From contig CAWIAD010000002.1 in NCBI GenBank assembly GCA_963833985.1, positions 2,912,001 to 2,976,000 of the forward strand: a stretch of DNA of 64,000 nucleotides. Direction: 5' to 3'. Source of the stretch: an uncultured Planctomycetaceae bacterium (lineage in GTDB: Bacteria; Planctomycetota; Planctomycetia; Isosphaerales; Isosphaeraceae). The notes below the pieces were generated by a model. It had not been told where the DNA came from, made no database searches, and saw only the letters and a list, made by a program, of their open reading frames with translations. The position numbers and the translations under genes were made by a program. Shown here in pieces: positions 9,537 to 20,509 of the stretch (positions within the stretch are counted from its first letter, which is position 1; every line of letters begins with the position of its first letter).

Positions 9537-11252
9537 ATGCACAAGGTCGCAGGTGATTCAACCGTTCTCCCAAGGCCATTCAGCCGTTCCGCCATTCGGA
9601 TGAGCATGATTGTCACGGTGGTTCTCGCCACCCTGGTGGCAGCGTTCGGGGTCTGGATTGGGTGGTATTTTCAAGCACGCGATGAAGCTCACGGCGACTC
9701 TCTTCCTGCAAGGGCCGACACGGCCGACGATAGCGCCGGACCGGTAGCGGCTTCCTTGACAGATGATGATCTGACGGTCCGACTGACCGAGGATCAGGAA
9801 AGGGCTATCGGTTTGCGCACTGCATTGGTGAAGACCAGTGATGTCCATGATGTCTCGTTCGCACCGGGACAGATCGCACCCAATGAGTTGCAATATGCTT
9901 ACATCACGCCTAGAGCTGCGGGCGTTGTCCGCTCCGTGACGGCACAGGTCGGCCAGGACGTGAAAGCCGGTGATTTGCTGGCGACGATCGACAGTCCCGA
10001 GGTCGGACGAGCACGGCTCGAGCTCTACACCATGCTTCAATCTCTGGAAGTCGCTCGCGCCCAGGCGGACTGGGAAGTCACAATTTACAACAACACCCGC
10101 GATCTGCTGGAACGAATCCATCGCGGTGAAACCCCAGATCACATACACACAGCTTTCAAGGACCGCGCGCTCGGTGAGAACCGGGAACGCATGATGACGG
10201 CCTATGCTCAGTATCGCCTCGCCGTGGCCACGATCGAGCGGAATCGCGAGCTGCACGCGCAGCAACTGATCACCACCAAGCAATTCGAGAAGGTCAACGC
10301 CGATTTTGAGGTGGCCCAGGCGACATACCAGAGTCTGATGGATCAGATGGGATACCAGGCCAGGCTGGCGAACACACGGGCTCACCAGGCACTCAAGCAA
10401 GCCGAAACTTCCGTCCGCGCGGCAAGGGAACGGCTGCGGATCCTGGGAGTTAAACCTGACGGCACCGAACCGGAGGTCGCCGCGGGCAAGGTCCTAGGGG
10501 TCAAGCCCGACGGCACGCTTCCCGCGTCAAGCCAGGAAGACCCGACCGCCGAGAGACCAGAGAAGATACTGCCCGACGGGGCGGAACAGAACGTGGCCGT
10601 CAAGCCGGTCGGCGCCGGGCCCGACCAGCCGGCGAAGCCCAAGGAGGCTCCCGTGAGCACCTACTCGATCTGGGCACCCTTCGACGGCACGATACTCGAA
10701 CGAGAGATGATTGTGCCGGGTGTCGCCGTGGACACGACGCACCGCATCTTCACCATGGCTAACCTGGCTTCGGTCTGGGTGGAGGTCAGCGTTCACGAGA
10801 GCCATTTCAACCTGCTGGCACGCAGCCGGGGTGGCCAGATCCGGTTTCACACAGCGGCTTACCCCGGGCAAGAATTTGACGGTGACGTGATCTATTCCGG
10901 CGACGTGGTTGATGAGAAGAGTCGCACAGTGAAGCTGCTGGCCAGGGCTCAGAATCCCGGCCGGCTGCTCAAGCCGGGGATGTTCGTGGACGTGCAGGTT
11001 TTCAGCCCCCGGACCCAGCCCGCCGCCCTGGTCCCGACCGCGGCAGTCCTGACCCAGGGCAGCCGCTCGTTCGTCTACGTGCGGACCGGGCCCGCCACCT
11101 TCAGGCGGCGCGACATCGAAGTCGAGACGCGTCCGGGCGATACGGCCGTCGTCCGCGCCGGCCTCCAGCCCGGTGAAGAAGTCGTTGTCGAGGGAAGCTC
11201 CAAGCTCAAATCGCTGACCATCCAGCTTGTGAGCGCCGAGCGTCAGGATTGA
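9537..11252 (+). CDS. Heavy-metal efflux RND periplasmic adaptor (CzcB/CusB-like)
   Basis: GGAGG RBS; N-terminal TM helix; ITPRAAGVV..VGQDVKAGDLLATIDSPE lipoyl half; APFDGTI; LKPGMF; GLQPGEEVV. Confidence 0.9.
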   Translation: MHKVAGDSTVLPRPFSRSAIRMSMIVTVVLATLVAAFGVWIGWYFQARDEAHGDSLPARADTADDSAGPVAASLTDDDLTVRLTEDQERAIGLRTALVKTSDVHDVSFAPGQIAPNELQYAYITPRAAGVVRSVTAQVGQDVKAGDLLATIDSPEVGRARLELYTMLQSLEVARAQADWEVTIYNNTRDLLERIHRGETPDHIHTAFKDRALGENRERMMTAYAQYRLAVATIERNRELHAQQLITTKQFEKVNADFEVAQATYQSLMDQMGYQARLANTRAHQALKQAETSVRAARERLRILGVKPDGTEPEVAAGKVLGVKPDGTLPASSQEDPTAERPEKILPDGAEQNVAVKPVGAGPDQPAKPKEAPVSTYSIWAPFDGTILEREMIVPGVAVDTTHRIFTMANLASVWVEVSVHESHFNLLARSRGGQIRFHTAAYPGQEFDGDVIYSGDVVDEKSRTVKLLARAQNPGRLLKPGMFVDVQVFSPRTQPAALVPTAAVLTQGSRSFVYVRTGPATFRRRDIEVETRPGDTAVVRAGLQPGEEVVVEGSSKLKSLTIQLVSAERQD

Positions 11253-11286
11253 CAGCCATCGTCCCAGGGATGCCGGGAGCCCGCTC

Positions 11287-14200
11287 ATGTTTCAGACCGT
11301 CATCAGCGAGTCGCTGGAGCAGCGTGGACTTGTTGCCCTGGTCTTGCTGGGGCTTGTTGCCTCAGGATTCTATTCACTCGTGAACTTGCCCATCGACGCC
11401 GTGCCGGACATCACCAATGTCCAGGTCATGGCGCTGACCAGCGCTCCGGCGCTGGGGCCGGAGGAAGTGGAGCAATTCATCACGATCCCGGTGGAAAACG
11501 CGATGAACGGCATCCCGCGGATCAAGGAGGTTCGATCGTTCTCGCAATTCGGGATGTCCGGCGTCACGATCATCTTCGAGAACGGCACCGACATCTACTG
11601 GGCGCGCCAGCAGGTGGGGGAGCGGCTCGACCAGGTACGAGCCGGTATCCCCCCCGAATTCGGCCAGCCCGAGATGGGGCCGATTGCCACCGGACTGGGG
11701 GAGGTGTATCAGTTCGAGGTTCGCAACGCCGAGGACAGCCCCGCCCCACGCTCGCTCATGGAACTGCGGACGATCCTCGACTGGGAGGTGACCCGGCGCC
11801 TCAAGAGTGTGCCCGGAGTGGTGGAGGTCAACCCGCTGGGTGGCGAATTGAAGACGTACGAGGTCGAGCTTGATCCCCACCGGCTCCAAGCCCGTGGTAT
11901 TGCACTGAATCAGGTATATGAGGCGATCCGCCGCAATAATGCGAATGCCGGAGGCGGCTACATTCAGCGCAATGGCGAGTTGCGCGTGATCCGGGGGGTG
12001 GGGTTGATCGACAGCCTCGAGAAGCTTGAGAAGGTGGTCCTGTCGACGACCGCGAACGGGACACCCATCTACGTACGGGACGTGGCCACGGTTCGTTATG
12101 CGCCGATGATACGCCAGGGAGCCGCCACGCGCGACGGCCGCGGTGAGGCCGTCACCGCGATCGCTTACTTGCTTGCCGGCGAGAATGGCCGGATCGTTGT
12201 CGACCGCGTGAAGGCCAAGGTCCAGGAGATCCAGAAGTCGCTTCCAGAGGGCGTGGTCATCGATGCCTATTACGACCGCACCAGGCTGATCGACAAGACG
12301 ATCCGCACGGTCGCGCACAACTTGATCGAAGGAGGCTTCCTGGTCCTGGCTGTGCTGCTGATCCTGCTGGGCAACCTGCGGGCCGGATTGATCGTGGCGT
12401 CGGCGATCCCATTGTCGATGCTTTTCGCGGGCAACCTGATGCTCGCGTTCGGTATCGCCGGCAGCCTGATGAGCCTGGGAGCCATCGATTTCGGCCTGGT
12501 CGTGGATAGTGCCGTGATCGTGATCGAGAACTGCGTCAGCCACCTGGCGCACGCTTCGCCAGAGTCGAACGCCCCTCAGGTCATTCGCCGTGCCACGCTC
12601 GAGGTTCGTCGCCCCGTCATCTTCGGCGTGGCCATCATCACCATGGTGCACTTGCCAATCCTGGCCCTGGAGGGCGTTGAGGGGAAGATGTTCCGGCCGA
12701 TGGCCGCGACGGTGATCTTCGCGTTGAGCGGTTCACTCGTACTGTCGCTGACGGCCATCCCGGTGCTGGCCTCGTTCTTTCTCAAGCCGGGTCTTTCGGA
12801 ACGCGACACCCTTCCTGTTCGATGGGCCAAGCGCGCTTACAAACCCGTTCTGGAGTGGGCGATCCTGCATCCGCAGGTTGTGGCGGTGGCGTCGCTCGCG
12901 GGTTTTGCCGCTTGCGTTCCGCTGGCGCTCGGCCTGGGAGGCGAGTTCATTCCTCAGCTCGACGAGGGCGATCTGGTCATCGTCCAGGTGCGGCCGCCGA
13001 GCAGCTCGCTCCAGGAGGCCATCGCCGATTCCACGCGCCTCGAAGCCGCGCTGCGCCAGGAGCTGCCGGACGAGATCCGTACGATCGTCAGCAGGATCGG
13101 CCGCCCCGAGATCGGCCTGGAACCGGCGGGAGTGAACCTCACCGACACGTGGGTGCTGCTCAACGAGCGCGAGCAGTGGAAGCGTGCCCACGACAGGGAC
13201 GAACTCATCGACAAGATCAACGCGGTGTGCCAGCGAGTCATCCCGGGCACGTTCTGGAGTTTCAGCCAACCCATTGAATTGCGGTTCAACGAACTCCTCT
13301 CCGGCGTGCGCGCAGACGTGGGGATTGGAGTCTACGGGGACGACCTGGAAGTGCTTCAGCAGAAGGCTGATGCCATTGCGAAAGTCGTCCGGTCGGTTCC
13401 CGGCGCCACGGGGGTCAAGGCGCAGGTTCTCGGCGGCCTGCCGTTCCTTCGCATCGAGGTCGACAGGGACCGGATCGCTCGATACGGAATCAACGCAGGC
13501 GACGTCCTCGACGCTGTCGCGGCTCTGGGAGGCAAGACCGTTGGCCAGGTCGTCGAGGGCCAGCGGCGGTTCGCCATCCAGGTGCGCTTCGGGACTCGCT
13601 ACCGCAACGACATCGAGACGATTCGCACGCTCAAGATCGTCGATCCTCAAGGCCGGATGATCCCGATTGAAGATCTGGCCGACATCCAGCTTGAAGAGGA
13701 CACTTACGAGATCTGGCGGAAGGATCGCCATCGGCGAATCATGGTGCAGGCGAACGTCCGGGGACGCGACCTTGCCGGCTTCGTCGCGGAGTTGCAGCGA
13801 CGCGTGGCTCAGGAAGTGCCCTTGCCGCGAAATTATGAGTTGAAGTGGGGCGGTACATTCGAGAACTTGCAATCCGCCGCGCATCGTCTCCTGCTTGTCG
13901 TCCCTCTGGCACTCATGTTGATCTTCTTGTTACTTTACTCCACGTTCCATTCGATCAGTCTCGCAGTGCTCATCTTCCTCTCGGTCCCCCTGGGCGCGAT
14001 CGGAGGCATCCTCGCTCTCTGGGTTCGTGGTCTGGACTTCAGCATCTCGGCCGGAGTTGGCTTCATCGCGCTCTCGGGAGTTGCGGTGCTTGATGGACTG
14101 GTGCTGGTCTCGGCCATCCGGCAGCTGATGTTAAGAGGGATGCCCGTCGACCGGTCGGTTTCTGAAGCCTCCACGGCGCGTCTCAGGCCAATCCTGATGA

Positions 14201-14409
14201 CCGGGCTGGTTGCCAGCCTGGGGTTCGTCCCCATGGCCTTTTCCTCGGGCGCTGGCGCGGAAGTTCAGCGTCCCCTGGCCACGGTTGTCATTGGCGGCCT
14301 GCTCACGAGCATGATTCTTAAATTGATCGTCCTGCCGGCGGTGTACCGCTGGTTCGACCCGGGACCTCCGTTGCCGACGAGCCGGGCGGTCGATGAGGCG
14401 GCCGCATAG
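11287..14409 (+). CDS. czcA: CusA/CzcA family heavy-metal efflux RND transporter
   Basis: 1040 aa; LPIDAVPDITNVQV; TM4 GAIDFGLVVDSAVIVIEN (HME-type acidic motif); RLRPILMT; GAEVQRPLATVVIGGL. Confidence 0.92.
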   Translation: MFQTVISESLEQRGLVALVLLGLVASGFYSLVNLPIDAVPDITNVQVMALTSAPALGPEEVEQFITIPVENAMNGIPRIKEVRSFSQFGMSGVTIIFENGTDIYWARQQVGERLDQVRAGIPPEFGQPEMGPIATGLGEVYQFEVRNAEDSPAPRSLMELRTILDWEVTRRLKSVPGVVEVNPLGGELKTYEVELDPHRLQARGIALNQVYEAIRRNNANAGGGYIQRNGELRVIRGVGLIDSLEKLEKVVLSTTANGTPIYVRDVATVRYAPMIRQGAATRDGRGEAVTAIAYLLAGENGRIVVDRVKAKVQEIQKSLPEGVVIDAYYDRTRLIDKTIRTVAHNLIEGGFLVLAVLLILLGNLRAGLIVASAIPLSMLFAGNLMLAFGIAGSLMSLGAIDFGLVVDSAVIVIENCVSHLAHASPESNAPQVIRRATLEVRRPVIFGVAIITMVHLPILALEGVEGKMFRPMAATVIFALSGSLVLSLTAIPVLASFFLKPGLSERDTLPVRWAKRAYKPVLEWAILHPQVVAVASLAGFAACVPLALGLGGEFIPQLDEGDLVIVQVRPPSSSLQEAIADSTRLEAALRQELPDEIRTIVSRIGRPEIGLEPAGVNLTDTWVLLNEREQWKRAHDRDELIDKINAVCQRVIPGTFWSFSQPIELRFNELLSGVRADVGIGVYGDDLEVLQQKADAIAKVVRSVPGATGVKAQVLGGLPFLRIEVDRDRIARYGINAGDVLDAVAALGGKTVGQVVEGQRRFAIQVRFGTRYRNDIETIRTLKIVDPQGRMIPIEDLADIQLEEDTYEIWRKDRHRRIMVQANVRGRDLAGFVAELQRRVAQEVPLPRNYELKWGGTFENLQSAAHRLLLVVPLALMLIFLLLYSTFHSISLAVLIFLSVPLGAIGGILALWVRGLDFSISAGVGFIALSGVAVLDGLVLVSAIRQLMLRGMPVDRSVSEASTARLRPILMTGLVASLGFVPMAFSSGAGAEVQRPLATVVIGGLLTSMILKLIVLPAVYRWFDPGPPLPTSRAVDEAAA

Positions 14410-14432
14410 AGGTTCACCGGCCAGAGTGTTGT

Positions 14433-16020
14433 TCAAGGCAGCAGCCGCTGGCCAACTGTGGTATTCAGGTGAAGCATGGAGCGGCGGTGCCGGACCAGCA
14501 TGTCGCGGTACTGCCGGGCCGCCTCATTCAACTCTCGCTGGGCGTTCAGGTAGACGATCATTTCCTCCTCACCCTGGACGACCAGGCGATAGGCATCGTC
14601 GCGTACCCGGGTGGCGGGAGGCAGCAGCTTTTCCTCGATCCGCTTGACGGCCGCGCGGGTGAGAGCGTACTCGCGTTCGGCCTTGCGCACCTCGTTGGCC
14701 GCCTGCTGCTCGCGTTCGGCCAGCTCCACGGACGACTGGGCCCGGTTGATGCGGGCGCGCTCGATATTGCCCTGGTTTCGGTTGTACACCGGCAGCGGGA
14801 CGGTGACACCGAGTGCCCACGACGTCGCACTCTGCTTGTCGAATGGGGTGTTGTTCTGGAAGGTGTAGGGCTGGTAGAGCACGTAGACATCGGACATGCG
14901 GTTGGCTCGCGCCAGCTTGACCTCGGCGTCGGCCCTGCGAATTCCCAGCCGGAACGCGACGACGTCGGGCCGGCATTCAAGAGCAAGGCGGATCAGTTCG
15001 TCGACCGGCGGCGGTGGAGGAAACGAATCGTGGATCGTCCCCCGAATTTGCAACGCCTCGGCCTCGGGACCCGGAACGTTGAGCAGCACTCCGAGGTTGC
15101 GCCTGGTCTGAAGCAACGTCTCGCGCATCCATGAGCTCGACCTCGGCGGCCTCGAAGAGAGCCTCGACGCGGCTGACATCGGCCACGGTGCGGCTGCCGC
15201 CCCTGTACAACCGCTGAGTCCGGTCCAGAAGTGACGCAAGGCCTTGCCGCGCAGCCTCGGCAAAGCGGATGGTCTCCCTTGCACCGAGTACATCGCTATA
15301 GACGGTGTAAAGGTTGTCAATCTGGATTCGCACGGCATCCTGATACTGCGCTTGAAGCGTGTTCTTCGCTCGTTGCGCCACGAGCATGCGTGCGCGCCGC
15401 TTGCGCGTGACATCGAGCGGGTAGGTGATGTTGAGATCATACTGAAGCGGGCCGCCCGGCCTCCGCAACGAATAGGAGCCGTAAGGGATGAGCTGACTGT
15501 CGGCGTACAGCAGCGGATTGGCACGGAGACTGGCAGTGAGCATGTCCGCGTCGGCCTGGGGTAGCTCGAACGCTCGTGCTCGGAGGGCGAGGTTGTCATG
15601 GACGACACGCTCGATTGCCTGGTCCAGCGTCAATCCGTCGGCAGGGCCTTCGTCTTCGCGTCCTTCAGGAACCGCCAGCTTGCCGAAAAGCGGGACCTTG
15701 GCCAGCGGTAGACTCGACGGCGTGGTGATCTCTTCACGCAGGGGAACTCCCGACGTACGCTGCCCGGGCGTGGTAGCCGTGGCCGGGACACGAGGCACGG
15801 ATGGGCCCGGCCGGCCGCCGAGAAGCTCCTGTTGCCCGCCGATGCTCAGATCGCCAGTTCCGGTCAGGGCGCCGGGAGACGACAGCGAAAGCGGACGTTC
15901 CGTTCCAGGAGCCCTCGGGATCCCCGCGGGCAAAGTCGGCCCTTGCCCGAATGACTCGGCCGCCAGGCTGATGAGCAGTCCGCATAACGCGGGGCTCAAT
16001 TTCGTCGTCCTTGAAGCCAT
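14433..16020 (-). pseudogene. TolC/CzcC family outer-membrane efflux protein, split by a frameshift near 15122 (possibly a sequencing error)
   Basis: ORF 14977..16047 has a signal peptide, LTLDQAI..NLAL and ASLRANP. ORF 14433..15608 has RPDV and VPLPVYNRNQGNI. Adding GC at about 15122 joins them as ELMDARETLLQ. Confidence 0.8.
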
Positions 16021-16210
16021 TCCTGACTCACCCCCTGGCTTGACCATCAGCCTTCGGCCCCGATTCCGCTTCCTGCCATGAGCGACTTGCCAATCTTACT
16101 CATCGGAGAGATTGTCGGGACATCGCCGGCTCGGTTTGAATTGTCATCTTCCAACTGCCCATACAATCGGGACAATCCGGACGGTCACAGGTAAGGCGGA
16201 ATTGACCCTT

Positions 16211-17401
16211 TCAACCGCGTTCGACCGCCGGCTCCTGATGTTCTGGCTCTTCCTTGCGAAACCAGCCTGACACCAGCACATCGGTTGATGAGTGGGCCAG
16301 GATTGAACCAACGATCACGAGCGCAATCAGGTGGAAGAGCTGGACTGAGAGCTTCAAGCCCGCCTGGAGCACCAGCAAACCCATCAGGACCGAGGCGAAA
16401 CCCTTGGGGCCGAACCATGCGGCTGCGGCGCGCTCACGCTTGCCCAGTTCACTCCGGCACAGCGCGATCGCCAGCGCGGCCGGCCGCGCCACGAAGAGGG
16501 CCAGCACCGCAAAGACATAGCCGCCCCTCGAGATCTCTCCGAGAAACTGCGGCGAGATGAGTGAGCCGAAGATCATGAGCGTCGACAGCTTCAGCAGTTC
16601 GCCCAGTAGTTCCCCGAAAAAGTGGAACGATTGCTTCAGCCTTGGCTCCACGGAGGCCACGGTCATCCCGCCGGCAAAAGCCGCCAGGTACTCGTTGGCG
16701 CCCAGCACCATGGCGCATGCGAAGACGATCAGCCCGATCGAGAACGCGTACAGAGGTTCATAGGCCGCATGTGTAGAGAACCAGGGCGTGCGCTCCATGA
16801 GGATGGCAATCCAGGGAACCAGGATGCCGATCGCCACGCCCAGGGCAACCTCGCTCAGGACTTTCCAGACGTTGAAATTCTCATGCCCGGCGAATGCCAT
16901 CAGTCCCACGACCAGAGGAAGGGCCAGCCCGTCATTCAGGCCGCTCTCGACGTTGAGCAGCCTCCGCAGGCGCTGGGGGACCTCTTCACGACCCACGATC
17001 GCCGAGGCGAAGACGGGATCGGTGGGGCTGAGCACTGCGCCTGTGAGCAGTGCTTCCGGCCAGGGGATGCCCACGGCAAAGTGGGCCGCGACGGCCGTGA
17101 AAAGAAGCGTCAAGGGCATGCCGAAGAGCAGCGCCCGTCCGGGAAGGTGCCATGCGGCCGTCAGCTCGTGGAGATTGGTGCTCATGCCGTCCGTGAAGAG
17201 CACTGTCACAAGTGCTAGCTCCGCGAAGGCGTGCACCACGGGGTGGTCGGGTTCCAGGTGGATCATACCGGCGATCCCTGGTCCCAGGACGAACCCCGCT
17301 GCCAGGAAGAGGACCGCGGTGGAGAGGATGCTGCGATGCGCGAGCTCGGAAACCAGCACGGCCACGAGCAGCACGATTCCAAAGGCCAGAACGACGACCA
17401 C
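16211..17401 (-). CDS. Cation:proton antiporter (CPA1/NhaP-like)
   Basis: About 12 hydrophobic segments; LSPTDPV; VESGLNDGLALP; WFGPKG; GTG start after GGAG. Confidence 0.9.
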   Translation of the reverse strand: MVVVLAFGIVLLVAVLVSELAHRSILSTAVLFLAAGFVLGPGIAGMIHLEPDHPVVHAFAELALVTVLFTDGMSTNLHELTAAWHLPGRALLFGMPLTLLFTAVAAHFAVGIPWPEALLTGAVLSPTDPVFASAIVGREEVPQRLRRLLNVESGLNDGLALPLVVGLMAFAGHENFNVWKVLSEVALGVAIGILVPWIAILMERTPWFSTHAAYEPLYAFSIGLIVFACAMVLGANEYLAAFAGGMTVASVEPRLKQSFHFFGELLGELLKLSTLMIFGSLISPQFLGEISRGGYVFAVLALFVARPAALAIALCRSELGKRERAAAAWFGPKGFASVLMGLLVLQAGLKLSVQLFHLIALVIVGSILAHSSTDVLVSGWFRKEEPEHQEPAVERG

Positions 17402-17697
17402 CTGGGGCAGCTCCGTTCTCGGTGGCGATGTTCCGTGTTGCTTGCCGCGTCTCGCGTGTCCGGATCGGTGTCGTGATCTAGCCACGGACACGACGCTCGT
17501 GGCAAGCCCTTCGATCCCAGCGCCGCGGGCCGGCTCCATCTGAAAAAATGAAGGCAATCCCGGTGCCGGCCTCGTCGAGAACCTCGAAAACCACCGTCCG
17601 TCAAGTCGCGGCCCAAGATGTGCCCGGGTCATTGGCGGAGGCTCGCCGCGCTGCTAGGATGAGAGAGTCTGTTCATGAACTGCGAAGGAGGCAGCCC

Positions 17698-18132
17698 TTG
17701 ACCCTTGAGAGCTACAACGACCGCGGCCTGCACTTCGAGTACCCGTCGACCTGGGAGCTGGAGGTGACCAATCATGACCAGGTGACGACCGTGGCCGTGC
17801 AGGATCCCGGCGGCCTCGGCTTCGCGCTGATCACCACCGACGAATCCCGTCCCGACCCGGCCGAGGTGGCCGACGCGGCACTGGAGGCCATGCGCGAAGA
17901 ATATCCCGATCTTGACGCTTCCCCGGCCATGGAGACGATCAACGAGCGGGTCGCCACGGGCCACGACGTCGAATTCTTCGCCATGGACATGACCAACGCG
18001 GCGAGCATCCGCTGCTTTCGCACCCCTCATCGCACCGTCCTGGTGTTCGGACAGTGGTCCGATATCGGCGAGGCCGACCTTCCCGACCTGATCCGCGGCG
18101 TCTTCCGGTCGATCGAAGACACACAAGCGTAA
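17698..18132 (+). CDS. Conserved hypothetical protein (possible PsbP/Mog1-like fold)
   Basis: TTG start after AGGAGG; acidic globular sequence GLHFEYPSTWEL..ALEAMREEYPDLD; typical codon usage. Confidence 0.7.
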   Translation: MTLESYNDRGLHFEYPSTWELEVTNHDQVTTVAVQDPGGLGFALITTDESRPDPAEVADAALEAMREEYPDLDASPAMETINERVATGHDVEFFAMDMTNAASIRCFRTPHRTVLVFGQWSDIGEADLPDLIRGVFRSIEDTQA

Positions 18133-18300
18133 GCGCTGGATTTCACCTCAGCTCCGGCTATTTCGCTGCAACGCGATTCCCAGGCGCATCCCGTCGTCCC
18201 CGGCCGAGAGCGGCGCTGATCGTCCGCACTTGCCGGCCCCGCGAGGTCGAAATGAGTTGCAGACTCGACCGGAGCCAATTCCGACCGCAAGGATGGGGTC

Positions 18301-20309
18301 ATGCGACTGACGCTCGTTCCACTGCAAGCCGGCGTCACGATTCTTCTGACTTTGCTCGCCCTCGCGCCTGCGCAAGCCGAACGAACCGCGGCTTCCCGGG
18401 GCGTCGCCTTTCAGCTCTACGATTCCGGCCGCTACGGCGACGCCATCCCCGCGCTGGACGCCGTGCTGGCAAAGCACCCGCGCGATCTGGAAGCTCTGAT
18501 CAAGCGGGGGAACTGTTACCTTCGGATCAACCAGCCGGAGCGCGCGCTGCCGGATTTCGATCGGATGATTCACTACAGCCCCCGGCTCCCAGGCGGCCAT
18601 ACCGGCCGCGGCATCGCCCTCTTGATGCTCGGCCGCAATGAGGACGCGCTGGACAGTTTCCAGCGGGCGACCCAGGTCTGGGCCGGCCCCGCGGATTCCG
18701 GGTTCGATCTCATCCCCGGGCTTTTCTCGGTCCCCAACACGGCGGGCAGCCTGTCGGGTAAGAAATCATTGCTGATCACGCAGGGGCATGCCACCGCCTA
18801 CAGTGGTCTTGGCCAGGCGCATCATCGCTTGGCCCATGACGAGCAGGCGATCGCCGCCTACAACCAGGCGATCGAGATCTACGCATCAGATCCCAATGCC
18901 TTCGTCGGCAGGGCCGATTGCTGGGCCGCGCTGGGAGATCATGACCAGGCACTGGCTGACTATGGCGAGGCGCTGCGACTGAACCCCAATCACTCCCGCG
19001 CCTTCTCCAGACGGGGCAGGCTGTACGAGGCGCTGGGGCAGTACGCCCGGGCCGAGGCCGACTACGACCGCGCCATCCGTTTCGATCCCGGCTTCACCGA
19101 CGCCCTGCGAATGCGCGCGGCCCTGCTGTCGCGGCTGGGGCGCAACGACAGCGCGATCCAGGACGTTGAGGCCGCCAACCGGCTCCGTCCCGAAGACCCG
19201 GGCTTGCTCAAGGATCGGGGCGGCGTGCTCGTCCGTCTCGGCAAGTACCAGGAGGCGGTCACAGCACTCGATCGGGCCATTGCGCTGGACCCCAACCGCG
19301 CGGCCTCCTACCTCAACCGCGGCGCGGCGTACAACAGCCTGGGCCAGTACGAGCGCGCCATAGACGACCTGAACAAGGCGCTGGAGCTCGACCCCAAGAA
19401 CCCAGGAGCCCACACGAACATCGGGCTGGCCTACTTCATGATCGGGCAATACGAGCGCGCGATCGAGGACCTGAGCGAGGCGGTGCGGCTGGCGCCGAAG
19501 AACGCGATCGTGCACCTGAACCGGGGCAATGTCTACGCTCGCCTTGGGTTCCGGGAGCAGGCCTCGAACGATTACGAGGTTGCCGGCACGATCGACCCGA
19601 GACTCATCGCCTATTACGGAGGTGCGGCCAGGCTGCTCGACGGCATGGGCCGGAACACCCTGGCGGTCCGGGACGATAAGAAGATGGCGCTGCGGACCGA
19701 GCCCGCCGACCTGTCCGCACAGCTCGAGCAAGGAAACCTCTTGCGCGAGCGCGGCGACTGGAAAGGGGCGCTCGCCCAGTTCGATCGCGTCATCGGCCGC
19801 GCCCGGACCGCGCCGATGCCTATGTGGCACGCGGCTGGGCCAGGCTCTGCGCCGGACAGCCCGGAGCGCTGGCCGACGCCCGTTCTTATCTCAAGCTCAA
19901 GGGCTGGCGCGATCGGCTCTCGCTGTACATGGCCCTGCTGGGCTACCTGGGTGCGCGCCAGGAGCACCGGGAAGACGACGCGATCGGCTTCCTTGATGAA
20001 GCCCTCCAGGCCACGGCCGAGCCGGCCTGGCCCTTGCCGGTCCTGCGCTTCCTGCGGCACCAGATCACCGCGGACGGCCTGCTCAGGGCGGCCGGCAGCG
20101 ACACGCAAAAGACCGAGGCCCATACGTACCTGGCCCTGGAGCTGATCCATCGCGGCGAGACCCGCAAGGCGCGTGAGCACCTGATCTGGGTGCGTGACCA
20201 CGGCGCTCTGCGCACGATCGCCAGCGACCTGGCAAAGGCCGCGCTCGACCGCCTGGACCATCCGCCGGAAGCCCTCTCGCGCCTGATCGACACGATGCTG
20301 GACCGCTAG
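18301..20309 (+). pseudogene. Secreted tetratricopeptide-repeat protein, 1-nt frameshift near 19802 (possibly a sequencing error)
   Basis: Many TPRs (AYLNRGAAYNSLGQYERAIDDLNKALELDP-type). The frame changes at IGRA|PDRADAYVARG and continues into ORF 19824..20309 with a WP.PVLRFL..EAHTYL tail. Confidence 0.8.
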
Positions 20310-20389
20310 AGCGGATTTCACTCGGATCGCAGACTGCCCCCTTCCAAAACTCAGGAACTGCCTTCAACCGGTCAGAAAACCGCCCTGAG
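20306..20389. mobile_element. MITE-like element (copy 2) lacking the internal REP hairpin
   Basis: CTAGAGCGGATTTCACTCGGATCGCAGACTG|CCCCCTTCCAAAACTCAGGAACTG..GTCAGAAAACCGCCCTGAG aligns with 8602-8751 once the central palindrome is removed. Confidence 0.7.
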
Positions 20390-20401
20390 CTAGGGCGGCA
20401 A

Positions 20402-20509
20402 GCTAAATAGATCCTCGCCTCTTGGAATGTGGGCCAGCCGCCCTCGGCTGGCTCAGGACGGCCGAGGGCGGCCGTTCCACACTTTCCCTCTTACGGGGAG
20501 CTATTTAGC
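20402..20509. repeat. Second miniature inverted-repeat element with an internal REP-like hairpin
   Basis: Outer inverted repeat GCTAAATAG (20402-20410) / CTATTTAGC (20501-20509). Inner palindrome TGTGGGCCAGCCGCCCTCGGCTG..CGGCCGAGGGCGGCCGTTCCACA (20428-20481). Confidence 0.65.

Noticed and set aside
15115..15130. Programmed frameshifting in TolC and the other four split host genes
   Set aside because: There are no slippery heptamers or long homopolymers; simple 1-2 nt deletions restore ordinary proteins.
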